DNA of 64,000 nt, from positions 28,148,001 to 28,212,000 of the forward strand of contig OX597821.1 in the NCBI GenBank assembly GCA_951406725.2, read 5' to 3'. The stretch is from Octopus vulgaris (Eukaryota). Shown one piece after another: positions 10,974-25,640 of the stretch. Position numbers and translations under genes: made by a program. Positions within the stretch are counted from its first letter, which is position 1. Each line of letters starts with the position of its first letter. The notes under the pieces are model-generated. The model made no database searches and was not told the origin of the DNA. It was given only the letters and a program-made list of their open reading frames with translations.

Positions 10974-13900
10974 GATAAATACCTCTCTACTCTTTATAAG
11001 GCGATAAGCGTATGAATAGATTTGAATACTTTTGCCTGTGGATATAATCGATGTATTGGAATTATCATGTGTATGAAATATACGGTATTGTTACAAATCT
11101 TAGTTGCTACTGGAACTCAACGAGAATGTATATCATTCAATGTTAATACGTTGATGTGATAGCAATTTCGTAAACATCAACGTGTAAATTACTTATCATG
11201 GATGGACAGTTCGAGCTGTTACGAAGAGAGGATATTTTTGCGTGGGGATATATTGAGGTGTATGCTTTTGCAGAAATGGAAAGTTAAGCGGAACTGTTGT
11301 GCTTGTTGGAAAACGAGCAACAGGAATATAGAGCAATAGAGAAGTTTGGAGGTCCAGTGAATTGAGAGCAATTCAGGCAAGCTGTTTGATGTTATATGAT
11401 TTCAATAGAATTATATTAGAAACAGATGGAAAGAATCCATTATGATGTGATTCTGATTGGTGGTTCTGCCAATCATACATGCCCTTCGTGTGCCCTTATT
11501 TGAATAGTTGATTATTATCTTACTCAATAAAATCAATTTAACTTTCTCATGCAATTTTATCTGCACATCAACAAATGAGATCGGATATAACAAAGACTGG
11601 TTTTGTAATGGGTGAAATAGATTTATCGGAGCATTTTCGACGAATATACATGATATGCTGTGGACTAAGTGTTTTATGACTATAATACGTACTATGGTAC
11701 TTGGCAATCACCAGCGCAATGTAGGACATTCTTCAATATCTGTTCATGTGTTAGCTATAGAAATATTATTCGTATTCTTGGACTCATAAAAGTGATGGTA
11801 GAGTTATCAGTGTCGTTGCATGAGGATCTGGAAGTCTGTATGTTATAGTAAAATCAAGAATATGTTATATCAGCTGGTAGATATGCCTGAGTTTATAAAA
11901 TAGTGTTAACTGCATCCCGTCATTACAATGTATCAAACAACGGTTTATCGAGAAAGAATCGTGGGAATAATATGTTGGCGTCAGCTGCACATTTAGCATT
12001 GCCTTTCCATGCCAAGGTGTGCGAGTATAATTCTAAGCAATCATTCTACTGTAGCTTAGCCTTTGATCATTTATTTCTATTGAAACTATTTCTTTTACAA
12101 GAGAAATGTATCAAAGACACAACAAGAGCACCATTGCTTTTATTTCTAGCAGACATACAGAGAAAATATACTCTGAATATATTTCATAATATTATGAATT
12201 CTTATTAGTCATTACATCAATTCGAACATTGCGCTTCTTATCTATCTCCACCACAATATAGCATCCGTAGTTTTTACTTCATCAAAGACGATCTCTTATT
12301 CCAATGGGACAGGAAATTAGATAATAACTGCTTCTGGCAATTAGTCAGGAATGTCTTCAAGATCTCAAAATAGATGCTTGTGGACAATAGATTCGAGGTA
12401 ATATTTTACATTTATTGTTATATCTGCTGAATTAAATTATCATATGCCAGACAATTCATATTCTGAATGTTACTGAATGTTATTAAGAAACTGAAATGAT
12501 TCGTGTTTCGCTATACAAATATATAATCTTCTAGATTATGTAATAAAAAGGTATTCTTGCGTGTCAAAATCCTGCCTATTTAAAAATGTTGCTATAGTGA
12601 ATGTCATTATTTAACGTTCCTTGATTTTCCTCATGTTTATGCCATTTAATATTAAAAGCAATCGTCTCGACAAAGGACATAATGGATGTTCGCTGCGTTT
12701 AATTAAAATATTAATCAATTTCATTTTTGCCAGTTTCTATTACTTCTCCACCCATATTCCGAATTTAACAATGCTTATCAAATTAATTTCCTTATTCTGT
12801 CTCCGAAGCATCATAAGTGCCGATATGGTTTAGACAATAATAATATCTTGATAATCGAGTGATTAATTAGTTTTTCTCTCTAGTCTTTACTAATAATTTC
12901 TGTATTTTGTTTTATTAGTTGTCTTGTTGTCTTTACGGTTCAATGTTACTAAATTGGATTAGAACCAAACTAAGTATTTTTTTTTTAAATTTGTCATTCA
13001 AAATCATAGCTTTCTTAAATGGCTTCAGATGTTCGAACGACTTATCAGAACACACATCATGTTTCGATATGAAAACTAAATTTTATAGTAATAAATAGTA
13101 ATACTATTTAATATACACCAACAATGAAAAAGCTATGAGCTCGGATGGCATGGTTGAAAGTGCACCTAAATTGCCTACATGTACGTTAGTGTCTTAAAAT
13201 CGAAGACGCATTAGATAAAACTGTCTTATATATATATTATGCTAAGAAGCACTAGCGAAATCATTACAAATGGAATATCTTTGTTCACGAATGACACAGA
13301 GTTAAATAATAACAACTGCCCTAGTTATAAAGGATTGTGTGAATAACATTATGTTGTAATATTTGATATCCTTTAAGGTTTAGTTCTGCGTTTTGTCGCG
13401 ATGTTTGTCGAGGTAAGTACACGAAGACAGATTCCAGTTTTATTCTATTTTCATATTATCTCAGTTACAAAATACTTAAACACAAGCCCTTCTCATAGAA
13501 TATATAATACAGTATCAACCTGTATAAATGTTATAGATTAGCAGAATCGACAGAGGGTCGAAAGTATACAGTGTGGTGTTTGTTCCTTTCTATTTACCTT
13601 CTAAATTCACATTCCACAGAGTTGAATACAGCATTCTGTTTTCTTGGTGTCGAATAATTAATGCCATTCTCAAGCATCAATGTTAATATACTCTGCTAAT
13701 TTCCTTCCTTCAGAGATTTTAGCATTGTGCCAAATGTAGAAATAATTGTGCAGAAAGCTGATCCCACCGAATAATTCCATTTTATCAGGATTATGCACTG
13801 ATTTAACAGAACATGTCAGCTATAACACAATTATAGTTTCCATTGCAATACTCCCCTGTACTTCTTTCCATGAGGAGGGGTTCTCGCTCTTTTCAGGAAA

Positions 13901-14049
13901 CCTGCTTCTGCAACCAAAGTTGCCATTAGGAGCAATTTTAGAGAGATAAAGTTTAGCAGTAAAAACAATTGCTTACAGAGCCCCAGTAACAGCGGCAAAC
14001 GGAGTATGAATAACAAATACAACAATCTAAGGAGCAGTCACAACGATGG

Positions 14050-14560
14050 AAACACCAAAAGCATCAATGCTCACGTCATCGGCGCAGCTAGCCAGTCGGC
14101 TGTGTAAACAACGTGGCTTAGAATGAAGGAGACAATTAGCATCACTACATCGACTATTAGAGGCTCCGATTTCCCTGTCTATTCTATTAAGTCACGAGTT
14201 GTAGCATCTACATCAATAGCAAATGCAACATTATCACTATTACATCAACTGCAACCGTAACATTCTGCGAAATACTCGGTAAATTTTTAAGAGTGCCCTA
14301 TTAGTTGTGTTCTTGGAAGTAAAGCGTTGAGATTAAGTAATGCCCGGCAATGGATGCTTGACTCCAAATTCTCACAATCGTTAACCGTATGAACAAATGA
14401 GCTGAATTAACAAATCGGACATTTTGGCACAAGTGCTGGTGTAAACGACAAAATCCTCAGACAGATTCTGTCGAGATGCGAATAAGCTTGAGGGTTTTGC
14501 AGAAATTACAGGAATATTTGACATATCAAAAGGCAGAATGCATGTAATGAGTGACTAACC
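14050..14560 (+). mobile_element. Possible highly decayed Gypsy-like gag remnant
   Basis: Only broken similarity to gag motifs (KSALI, NRM.Q, ILRQ..SR). No open frame. Confidence 0.25.
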
Positions 14561-16331
14561 CTACTTTCTCCCTATGCGCTTTAAGGATCAAAACACATGG
14601 ACAATTTCGTCAGGGAGTGAATGTCATTCAGCTTCTAGTTACCTTTTCCGATTGAACGTGGTTGACCGCTTCACACAGACGTGGCAGTGCCGAGGAACAG
14701 ATGTTCTGATTACAAATATAACGTCAAATTCAAGAGATTATTGATCGAGTACAAAGATGGAGAGCTAAACTCATACGATAAATGGATGCGTATAGTATTT
14801 TCCGCAATTCAATTCAAATACACACTTGTTAACATTTAAAATGCACTCTTAAGTGGCCTGTAATATAGAACATTTTGAAACGGAATCATATCGACTACCG
14901 ATATAAGCAGAAGCAAAAAAAATGCAAATATATAATCACAAATATTGGGATTGCTAACATACCGGGTACTAAAAACGGAAAATGATAGGGAGAAGTAATG
15001 TTGCACAAAAGATATACTTTCGGTAATCTAGCAATAGAGTAAGACCGCTTAGATGATTACCTAGATATTTACTATAATGGCTTAGCGGAGTCGAGTATAA
15101 ATTAAAAAGCAAAAACAAACAAACATAAATGATGTGTTGAAGTTATCCTAAAAGTTATTCAATGTGTGGAAGGGATTTATTGAGAAAGTTGATTTAGAAT
15201 TTTCAAGAAAATTCATATAAAATTAAATTATTCACATTATTTGATAATACTGGGTCAATTGTTAATCACTCGATAGTTTTAGAACTCAATACGCTATCAC
15301 GTACTGAATTCTAAAAGCTGTTTACTCAATTCTCAATTCGGTTTATGTAGAAGTGAAAGTGTTGTAACATCTCATGGTATATTGAAGGAAGATGATTCTG
15401 AGAGAAATGTGACAGCCTTTTATACACATAAAATTATAATAGTTTGAAAGAATGAAAGATTATCTGAATTATTCAAGAATCTTAACATCAAGATAGAAAA
15501 GATAATGGCAGCAATGATGACGTCGCAGGAAACAAAATGTTAATTTCTTGTCTCAAAAACAGACACTGAGTCACTGTGTCAACATTGAAAAGACTACAAA
15601 AAGAAACTACACAACTATGGACAAGTTGACAATATTCTAAATCATTGAGAACTTGTAATAATCAGGAGGAAGGAATCCTCGCCAGTCAAAGAACACGTAA
15701 TGTATCAACTGGATGCCATAGTGACATTTAAACTGTTCGACAAACTACAATTTTAAACTATAAATTTATCAATTTATTTTATCACTTGCTGAGTCTTGTA
15801 AAAGGAAATTGAAGCACATCGATTAAATACATCATTTGAAGGTGAACAAGTCGATCTGTGATAATTTTCCAATACATTAAACAAAATAAATATTATTATA
15901 TCCTGTTACTTCAAACCTACATCTATTCACGTTTAAAATAATGTAAAATATCAGACTACGTAAGTATAAAGAACTATTTAATGTTTCATTATATATTCTG
16001 TATATATTTAACAAAGTGATGGTTTTTAGAACACAGAACATGTTAAATCCTCATAATTTATCGCTAAATACATGAATTCGTTTTTAATTGTTGTACTCAT
16101 GTTAATTGAAATGGAATTTGAATCACTGGAGTTATGCAATTAGTGGTAGAATTGCTACCGTCAAAACAACCGCAATATGTTGAGAATACGCATAACACAC
16201 CTACATATGTCTACATATGTATGCATACATACGTGTGCATACATATGTGTGTGTGTGTGAGTGAGTGTGTATGTATGTATGTATATCTGTTTGTGTGTCA
16301 GTCTCTCTCTCAGTACGTATATGCATGTATA

Positions 16332-16444
<113 letters not shown>

Positions 16445-17127
16445 GGTAAGAATGAAAGAGACGTCGATATTATGTAAACAGAGATATTTATCTGTAAATA
16501 TACGTGACAATTATTCGGTAGCCAAGATAAAATTCCGAGTTTCGCATGTCGGGGCGGAAACCCAGGTCTATAGACGTGTGTGTGTGTGTGTGCGTGCATG
16601 CGAGTATGTGCGTATATAGACGTGTTTTTCTCTTATTGCTTATTTTTTACACCTTTTTTAAACGCATTATTCTGTATTTTGCTTTTAGCCCTCTTCTGCA
16701 GGTGCGTATATAGACCTGTGTATGAACATTTTTTGTGCGCGTGTGTGCATGTGCGAGCGTGTATACGGGTATGTATATATTTTTTGGCGAATGTGTGGGT
16801 GAGCATGTGTGTTTCGAGTGAGGGTGGATGGATATATATTATAGGCGCATGTACGCGGTTGTCCGGGCGCGCATGTGTATATATGGACATACGCGCTTAC
16901 GCGAATACTGTGAGCGTTTTTAGTCCCTTGCTTTACTCCCTCCCCTCACTTAACGGTCCTTGTAATAGCACATTTGTCTTTATAACAGTAATTTCCCTTT
17001 GTTTAACGGTCATTTTCATAGCATTGTTTTCGATAGCCGGATAACTGAAGAGATGGCGGAGTGCGTTTCTGACCCGACATCTGAAACTCTGGGTTTTATC
17101 ATGGCTACCGAATAATTCACATGTTAT

Positions 17128-17184
<57 letters not shown>

Positions 17185-20100
17185 ATAATAGAGATACCCG
17201 GTGTTGCTCGGGATTAAAATTGCATACTTTTTATTTTTATATTTTACTCGTTTCAGTCATTTGACTGCTGCGTTACGGGAGCACTGCCTTTAGTTAAACG
17301 AATTGACCCCAGGGTTTAGTTTTGCAATCCACGTACTCATTCTATCGGTCTCTTTTCTGAAGCTGCTAATTTACGAGGACGTAAACATACCAACAACTGT
17401 TGTCAGGCGATGTACATATATATATAGATATATACATACACGCACTCCTGTGCACGCACACACATACACACATATGTATATAAATATACATACATAAAAA
17501 TACATGAAATTTGGTAAAAAGAAAAGATGATCATATACCTACCTCCTGGCTGTTGTGATTATAAAACCTTCTTGTAAACAATGTTCCTTGTTTTTCCTTC
17601 TGGCGCGTATGCAAAGAGGCTTCTTTTGCCTCCGACTCTTAAGCAACCAACGTACAATTGTCCGTGCGAGAAGCAGGACTCTTCCAAGAGAAGACTACCC
17701 ACAGACAGGGTTTGACCGTGGGATATGTTAATGGATATCGCAAAACTGACACGAAGGGGGAATTGCAGTCTTCTGAACGAAAATGGAATTTCTGCTCCTG
17801 CTGGTGTAAGAGGAATTCTTGTAATGAAGACGTCATCACGTCTTCTACATCCAGAAAGATTGATAGCCTCGACAAGCTGTGACATCATTTTCTTTGCCAC
17901 CAGTCGTGTTCCATTGCAATGTCTTGGCGGTTCCAGATTGCGGAGTAGTATTACAAGAGTTCCAACTTTTAAGTGCTAATATGTGGGGGGGTAGTCCAGG
18001 AGGCTCCAACGAATTGAGAAATTCTGGAGGATAGTTCACCACTACATTTTGATCTGGAATTATATCAAAAGACTTGTAAGTGTGAAGACTGCCGGAAAAA
18101 GTTTGCATTAACTGTTGGTTTATTTTATTAACAGTGACGTTTTTAGAGCCAATATTGCTCTTTAACACAGCCAATTCTGGTTTTGGTAATTTTCTGTGAA
18201 GTTTGTAAATAGAAATACTTTGTGTTTGAGTTCATCCACAGAATCAACAATAGAAGAAAATGGCCACACCTCCATTTCAGCTGCAGTGTCCAGTGGCACC
18301 TTGCCATCTCCAAGTGTCAAAATATCCGGTACAAACATTGCAGACATTTGTCGCCGTGTAGTTGAGCTCTCATGTTAGGCGTAAGACTCAGGATCAAAAC
18401 AAGACGCCACAGGGTAAAGAACTTTGGGCACGCTTGGACCTCATCTGCTCTAGTACCTTTCGGAATGACAGGAAGAGTTTCCTGAAATCACCTGACAACA
18501 GAAACGTTACACCTTCCATTGGAGCATGACAGTCTCGGATGTCTGTCAAGTCTCTATCTAATGTTTCCAAATCTCCCTTGTGAGCGATGGTGCACTCATC
18601 TCAGACGATTAGATGACACTTCTTAAAGACCTGCCCCTGATTTGAGCTTTTGTTGATGTTGCATGAAGCCATCTCGGATGCTGCTAAATTCAGAGGGAGT
18701 TTAAAAGTTAAGTGCGCTGTCCTTCCACCGGGTAACAAAGTACCTGGAATTCCAGAGAAACCCACAGCTACTGCCATATACTGGTGCTGCCAAACTTCTG
18801 CACGAATCTTCGTAACAAATATTTTTCTTGTCCACCCAGGAGCATCCAGGAAGAAGATTCCGCCCTCGCGTTGGCGTATACTGTTAAGAATAGTTCTGTA
18901 AGCATGAAGCTGGTCCGGAAGTAATTTTGGCTCGTTTACAACAATGTACTTGGAAAGCGCTTCGATGTGATAGAATGTTTCACGAAGGACAGCAGTGGGA
19001 AGACTATTTAACTCTGAACTGAATGCTTGCGGCAGGCCATATGTGAACAAATCATTTCCACTCAGTGTAGCAATTCTGTCTTCAATGTCAGTCTGAGCTC
19101 TGTTGTAGAGTTCATCACTAATACCCTCCATGTCAGGATAGAGCAGCTGAGCCTGCCGCTTAAGTCTTCAGCCAGGCTGTCTCTGTATTTGAGCCATAGA
19201 GAGGTAGGATCACACAATCCGCATGTCTGTAGTAATACTGCAAATAGTGCTCTGAGACTTTCAGGTGATTCTGCTACTGCAGCCTCTCCTAAAGTTACAT
19301 ACCACTGTGCACCGTCTTCTAACAGACCTTGTTGATCTCTGTATCTTGCGCAGACATGTCCATGATCGGATTTTAGGACCTGGGAACACGTTGACCCTCT
19401 GATATCATGCAGTAGGAGACGGAGGTAGAAGTATTCGTGTTGGCTGGGATGCACAGTGTAAACTCGCCAAAAGCAAGTGTCGAACTTAATGCCGGGGTAT
19501 CCATCAATATTTCGAGCTGCCTTCCTTTGGACCGATTTTTTTTCCATTCCAAGTGTAGTACGAGGGAATTTGTGGATACAGCCAGCTTTGAGCGAATGGA
19601 TCAACTTGACGAAGCTTGGAGAATGAAATGAGCGTTGTATCCCTTGGTTCCTCTGCCAACAGAGAAGCATTACCATCGGTGATGTACACCCTTTGACCTT
19701 AATGCAGGTGAACTGCAAGCTGTTGATTAGCGGCGTGTCGTTGGTGAAGTGGAAATCCAAAGATGCACCACAAAAAAAAACTCGTTGTACCGTCCCATCT
19801 GATGCTGCGTCATCTCCTCCTGGCAGTGTTCTTGTTAAAATCCAAGCATTACCACCTCGAAACCCTTGTTCACATACTTACAAACGTACTTTATGGATTT
19901 AACGGAGTTGCAAACCTCAACGTTGATGTGGGCATTCAAAGTCTTTGACAGGAGTGGGCAGTAGGGAACAATTTGTCTATTATCAACCCTGTGCTCTCCA
20001 ATAGTTGCTGTGAAACCTCCGTCTTCTGATTTCTTCCGTCTGTATGATGGATACCTATCAGCACCTGTCTGAATTTCTTGTGAGAACCTCCTTGGAAACG

Positions 20101-20608
20101 TTTTGGAACATACGCTGTCTGGAACATACGCTACTTAGAGGAAAATTTGTGAATCGGTTTCGAATTACAAACAGATTGAATGTTAATTTACGAAGGACAC
20201 GCTGTTATCGCATATGGTTCTTACGTGGTAGCCAGGCATGGTAGAAATAGCAGCCAAATCTTTCATCTTCTGTGGAAAGGAGAAGTTTACGCGTCATTTC
20301 GATGTCATGTTAATTTAAGTGTTAATATGAAACCGCAAATATGCAATAAGTGAAATATTGTTATGAAGCGGAAGAATAAAAGTGAAACACAGATGTTGTT
20401 CTTTCACTTTTGACACGTAGTAGCGAACCAGTGTAAGCAAAATGCTCCGGGCCGCATAAAGTAAGAAGTTAAAAACTTTTGTACCCATGACACTGCATAG
20501 ACCGTATATAATGTATGTGTAAAATTTGAATGAAATTGGTTGTATAGTTCTCGAGTTTAGAGATTCAAACAGGGAGACAGACACATATTCTCATCTTTAC
20601 ATATATAT
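17185..20608 (-). mobile_element. Decayed autonomous-type Helitron (Rep remnant + PIF1-like helicase)
   Basis: FFLDAPG, LLPGGRTAH, RVYTVHP..EYFYLRLLL, NYPPEFLNSL, RRLQFPLRVSFAISIN. 3' hairpin at 17197-17212; Helitron-type 5' end near 20520-20608. SINE remnant inserted at about 17235-17410. Confidence 0.92.
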
Positions 20609-23188
20609 TACAAAATTGGCTATACCCAGTCTATGTGTGTGTGTCTGTATGTATATATATATTGTATGTATATAATGGAGGCATCCGTTCCACTAAATAA
20701 CACACAAGTGCCGCTGGAAAGTATGACTTTAGACTTCCTCTTAGGGCAATATTTCCTGAGTTGGTAAAAACATGCATGTAAGCGACAGTCCCGGTTGCAG
20801 TGAGTACACTTGAGGATACTCTGAGCTTGTTTGATGTTGCTGTTGTTTTTCCCTTCATTTTATGCTTTTCTTCTTCATGAAACCTCATCATCTCCAATTA
20901 TCTTTGACAACTGTTGTCTACTTCCAGCCTCTAACAGGAGCGATCATTAGCAATGTTCACCTACGCTCACGCAACGGGGCTTCAGGTCTCTCTTGCACAC
21001 TGTATTGAAACAAAGTCTGAGTCATTCTTGTGCATATACTTGTCGGATAATAGCAGGTCTGTCATGAATCTCTCATCTGACTTGTAATGGTATACATGGC
21101 CTAACCAGTGGGGATGTTGTCGTTGCCCTAGTATACGCGCGGGAAATGACTTCATTGTTTGTTAATCGTTCAATCTATTTCATGATCACAAGTTGACGCA
21201 GATTGTGCAGAAGAAGCCAATAAGAGGCCGATCTCTTCCAAAACGGCTGGTCCGTGCCTCAGAGCCATGTATTTTAAATAATAAACCAAAGAAATACTTG
21301 GCTTAATGTACTAGAATTATCTCTTCCACTTAAAATTACTAGCCTTGTGCTAAAATTTTAAATAATTATTATAACATGACATATCATAGTACTGGTCTGC
21401 GACATATTTCTCCTTGGTCGGGACTTCATGAATTTAAATCAGTATAAGACATGTACACTTGGTGATTATCACTTATTCTAAGCACAGCCAAACTCATTCT
21501 CCTCTTGTGGGGCTTGTTTTCGATTGTCATACTGTTAAAAACGTGTAGCAAAATCTGCTCCTCATCCAAGAATGTTGCATACTTTTCTGTTTTCTGTATG
21601 TTTGATGTTTCTGTCATTTATATGAAAGTTGCAGAGAATACAGAATATCCTATCGGGATGTTACTATTCAATTGTCTGGCATAGAGTTCGGTCATCCAGT
21701 GTAGTTTCTACAAATTTGGAGGCACATGTCTCTAAGAAGTGCACTCAAGGAAAGCTTTCTTTAAAATCTTGCACTAAGAAATAAAACGTCTACGTGGTCG
21801 TGTTTTGCTGAGGAAATACCAGACAGGCAGTAAGAACGATTTTGGGGGAGAAAGAGATTTGAATAATTCGCTATTTAATTCGTTAAATGTTTCTTAAAAT
21901 GACTGAAGTGATTGTGTTTGAACGGAACTACTACATGTATGGGGAACATCCCCTTTACAATACAGTGCTGACACTACGTAGTCACAATAAAATTTGGAAT
22001 AGTGTTATTGTGATTTCCTATGGTGTATGATATCAGGTAGTCATGTTACAACTGTCTTTGCTTCTCCTATGTAAATGTCACAAGTTCCTTGTTTGTATTA
22101 AAGCTAACTAGAACGAATAAAATAATGTTTTGGTATACATAATATTAATTTATTCAAATATTTTCACACACTCACTTATATTAAAAAGTCAGCATTATGC
22201 ATAACAAAAGTACAAGAAATGTCTCCGTATTTGTTTCCACTGTTATATATTTGTTTATACTAAAATTGTTATGCTGCAGAAGATTACAGTGTAGCATGAG
22301 GGCTGTTTGATGTGATCCTCGAAGTGAACATTAATTGGAAAAAAAATTCTGTCCATGGTAAGCGAGCCAAACATTTATTGGAGTCGAGTAGTCTCACTTT
22401 GTTGCGTATGCGTTTGCATACAATTGTATTATGCCGCCAAATAAATCTTATAGGCAGATTCCCAAATGATCTATAAATTACACACATCATCTAGATTTCG
22501 ATGTTAATGTGTGGAACTTCATTATAAAATAGCACAAGTAATGCAGTTATTACGACTGAACCTAAAGCAATATACCAATGGATAGCGAAGATTATCTAAA
22601 TATTTAAACATGTGATGTCGTTAAGCTTAGTTACACTGGGAAAACTGTATTCTAAATCGTGTTTTACGACATAATTCTCACCACTTTAACGTAATAATTT
22701 CCAACCTAGACTATTAAGAGACATATTACTTTCTGTAAGAAGACACAACATGTTTTTGAGATCTGTGAAGTCTCGTAATTGGCATGTATTTGTAAATAGA
22801 TGTGTGCGTATCTAAATGTACAAAGGGAATAAACAAACATCAAAGATACACAATAATAGAGTAGCCATTTGTGAGATGTAGGTACTGAAATCTTACACAA
22901 AAATAAAATAAATTTTCCCCAATAATGTTCAGGTTTGTTAGGTAATCTGGTTAATGCTCTGTCGATACATATCATTATCGAGTTTGAAAACTGCCTGTAT
23001 CACTTCATAATGTCAGTTTTCTTAATCGTTATATATGCAGCATAATTCAAGTAAAATTCCTTATTTTATAGAAACAGATAAAAATTAACCTTCAATGAAT
23101 TTTCAAATAATTCCACAAATTCTCCTCATTAAGGATGAGATATAACTGGCACAAACCATCGCGTAATGTTAGATATGTGCGTGTGTGA

Positions 23189-23228
<40 letters not shown>

Positions 23229-23472
23229 TTTTGTTGGCATGCATTTTGTCTCGGGAGACAATGGAGTTGCGCATAAAGTAGTCTAGCCCGGCTTTTACAT
23301 TTCATGTCCTGATACATTTCCTGCTGTGGCTGTGTAGTCCTATCCCGGACAAACACTCCCTCTGGCAGGTACCGCAAATGTAGCGAAGACTGTTCCTGGC
23401 TGGTTGTAATGCCGTAGTTTCTTGTTGACGTCTTTTCTTGTCTTTCCATTTCTCCTCTCTCTGTCACCCCTT

Positions 23473-23534
<62 letters not shown>

Positions 23535-23536
<2 letters not shown>

Positions 23537-23684
23537 AATTAAGGACTGAACACGAAAAGTGGACAGTCAACATGCTAGATATAGACGCCAAATGGCCATT
23601 CTCCACAAAATTGTGGAGAATGGCGATTTGACGTCTATATCTAGCATGTTGACTGTCCACTTTTCGTGTTCAGTCCTTAATTGG
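23535..23684. repeat. 150-bp near-perfect palindrome in (TA)n
   Basis: 74-bp arms with 2 mismatches, centred at 23609-23610. Confidence 0.95.
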
Positions 23685-24530
23685 TATATATAAATATTTC
23701 AAACTTCGGATTTTTTTAATATGCTAGACCACTGGTTCTAATTGATAAATATCAATTTCTACCCTAAATTAATGTTATATATATAAATATATATATATGA
23801 ATACTGTTCTGTTTGTGTGTGTGTATAAATGATTATAACGGCCTTATTATTTAACTCTCACGCTGAAATTTTACACACCTAAAAGACGTTGTAGTGGGTG
23901 CATCAGCTAAATATCATACCATAATCGTTCGTTTCAAAGTGCGATGTGCCTTTTTTAATCAAAACCTTGATGGAAAATCTGATTTTAATAGCGCTTATTG
24001 GCTATCATTCCGCAAATCCCGTACGAATAGCTGCTATATTAGTCCAGTCAGTATCAGAGCATTAGCTGCTTTAAACTTTCTAAGCAATTTCATGACAGAA
24101 CATGTGATTGCAGTAAAAATATGTGTCATTCTAGAATGAAATGTACTCGAAAACGTGCATCCAGGCATGTCATTCTGTATTTATTAAATAAGCTGACACA
24201 AAAGAATAACAAGATAAAACAATTATTTTGAATAAATAAAAATGAAATAAAATATTAACTTCAACGAATAAACGGCACTAATTGGCGATCAATCAACAGT
24301 GTGAATATTTTCTCACAACAAAATTCCATCGACAGTAGAAAACGACAAATTGATTGATAGTTGAACGTGGAAATTTGGGTAACAATTATCTAATACTTTA
24401 GCTAGGAGTTTCTTATATAAAACAAAAAGTGAGCGGTATTTTTCGACTTTTGCGTGACTCACTTGATTTGATACGTACATGCCCATTGTTTATTCTTTAA
24501 TTCCATTTCGCGAAGAAGAAATATTATTAT

Positions 24531-24980
24531 TAACACCCCACCCCCAGTGGCTAGCCACATTCAGATGGCTAGTACACTTTACGTTGTCGAGCGGTTACTG
24601 TTTATATCTCGTTCGGAGATTTATTAATGCTTTCAGACAGTTTTTCTAAATCAGTGACTGTGGTTGCTGGGAAAAACGTTAAATATTATTTGCAAAGGTC
24701 TCCTTCATCGAAAACCGGTGTTTACCATACGTTGACGAGAGGTAAAAACCTTGAAACTATAGTCCGTATGTATCACTTAGGTTTGCGAGGGAGGATGACC
24801 TCCCTTTGCAAATAACACAAGGGCACTGAAATTGTGTCTAAGGCCAGCTGGAGACGTCGATCTCCTGGGGCTAAAAGCGTCAGTAACACCCCACCCCCAG
24901 TGGCTAGCCCCATCCAGATGGCTAGTACACTTTACGTTGTCGAGCGGTTACTGTTTATATCTCGTTCGGAGGTTTAATAA
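24531..24980 (-). repeat. Structured element with a ~90-bp terminal direct repeat (353-bp period)
   Basis: 24531-24618 repeats at 24884-24971. Several internal hairpins. (TAA)-like tail at 24522-24530 on the minus strand. Confidence 0.8.
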
Positions 24981-25407
24981 ATCATAAGTTATTTTCTTTT
25001 TATCAGTAAGCATAATTGAATGATATTTTGGCAAATTTTTCTCATCATTTTAATGAAATTTACTGATCAAATTCATCGGTTACATTCTGAAAAAAGCACT
25101 ATTCGGTCTGTACTGGTATCTTGTTCATTCACAAAGTTTGCTACTTTATCGGTTAACATCGCATATCGTCGAACCCTATACCACTTTTGAAGTTATCCGG
25201 ATACGTGGACATAAATAACTTTATTTGTGAAGAATTTTCATTACTTCCAAATTAATATAAGGTAGTTTTAATGCTAACAAGCTTTTTCCTAAAGGAAGTC
25301 AAGTTTTGGTTATCTTTCATTTTTAGAGAAATCCTAGTAGCTGTTTCGATTTGTACATTCTTTTTATTTAAATTTCGCACTTGAGTGTTATAATTCTTAG
25401 AAATACC

Positions 25408-25640
25408 TATTTCTTTACTACCCACAAGGGGCTAAACACAGAGAGGACAAACAAGGACAGACAAATGGATTAAGTCGATTATATCGACCCCAGTGCGTAA
25501 CTGGTACTTATTTAATCGACCCCGAAAGGATGAAAGGCAAAGTCGACCTCGGCGGAATTTGAACCCAGAACGTAACGGCAGACGAAATACTGCTAAGCAT
25601 TTCGCCCGGCGTGCTAACGTTTCTGCCAGCTCGCCGCCTT
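25408..25640 (-). mobile_element. Full-length SINE family B with 15-bp TSD
   Basis: Head AGGCGGCGAGCTGGCAGAAACGTTAG, B box GTTCAAATTCC. TSD ATTCTTAGAAATACC at 25393-25407 and 25641-25655. Confidence 0.93.

Noticed and set aside
11000-12400. Non-repetitive stretch that might be an exon cluster or old LINE
   Set aside because: No sustained ORF or recognisable motif.
24760-24840. Alternative HDV-like or twister folds around the GGGAGG/CCTCCC hairpin
   Set aside because: Spacing leaves no room for P2/P3, and twister core residues are absent; only simple hairpins are supported there.
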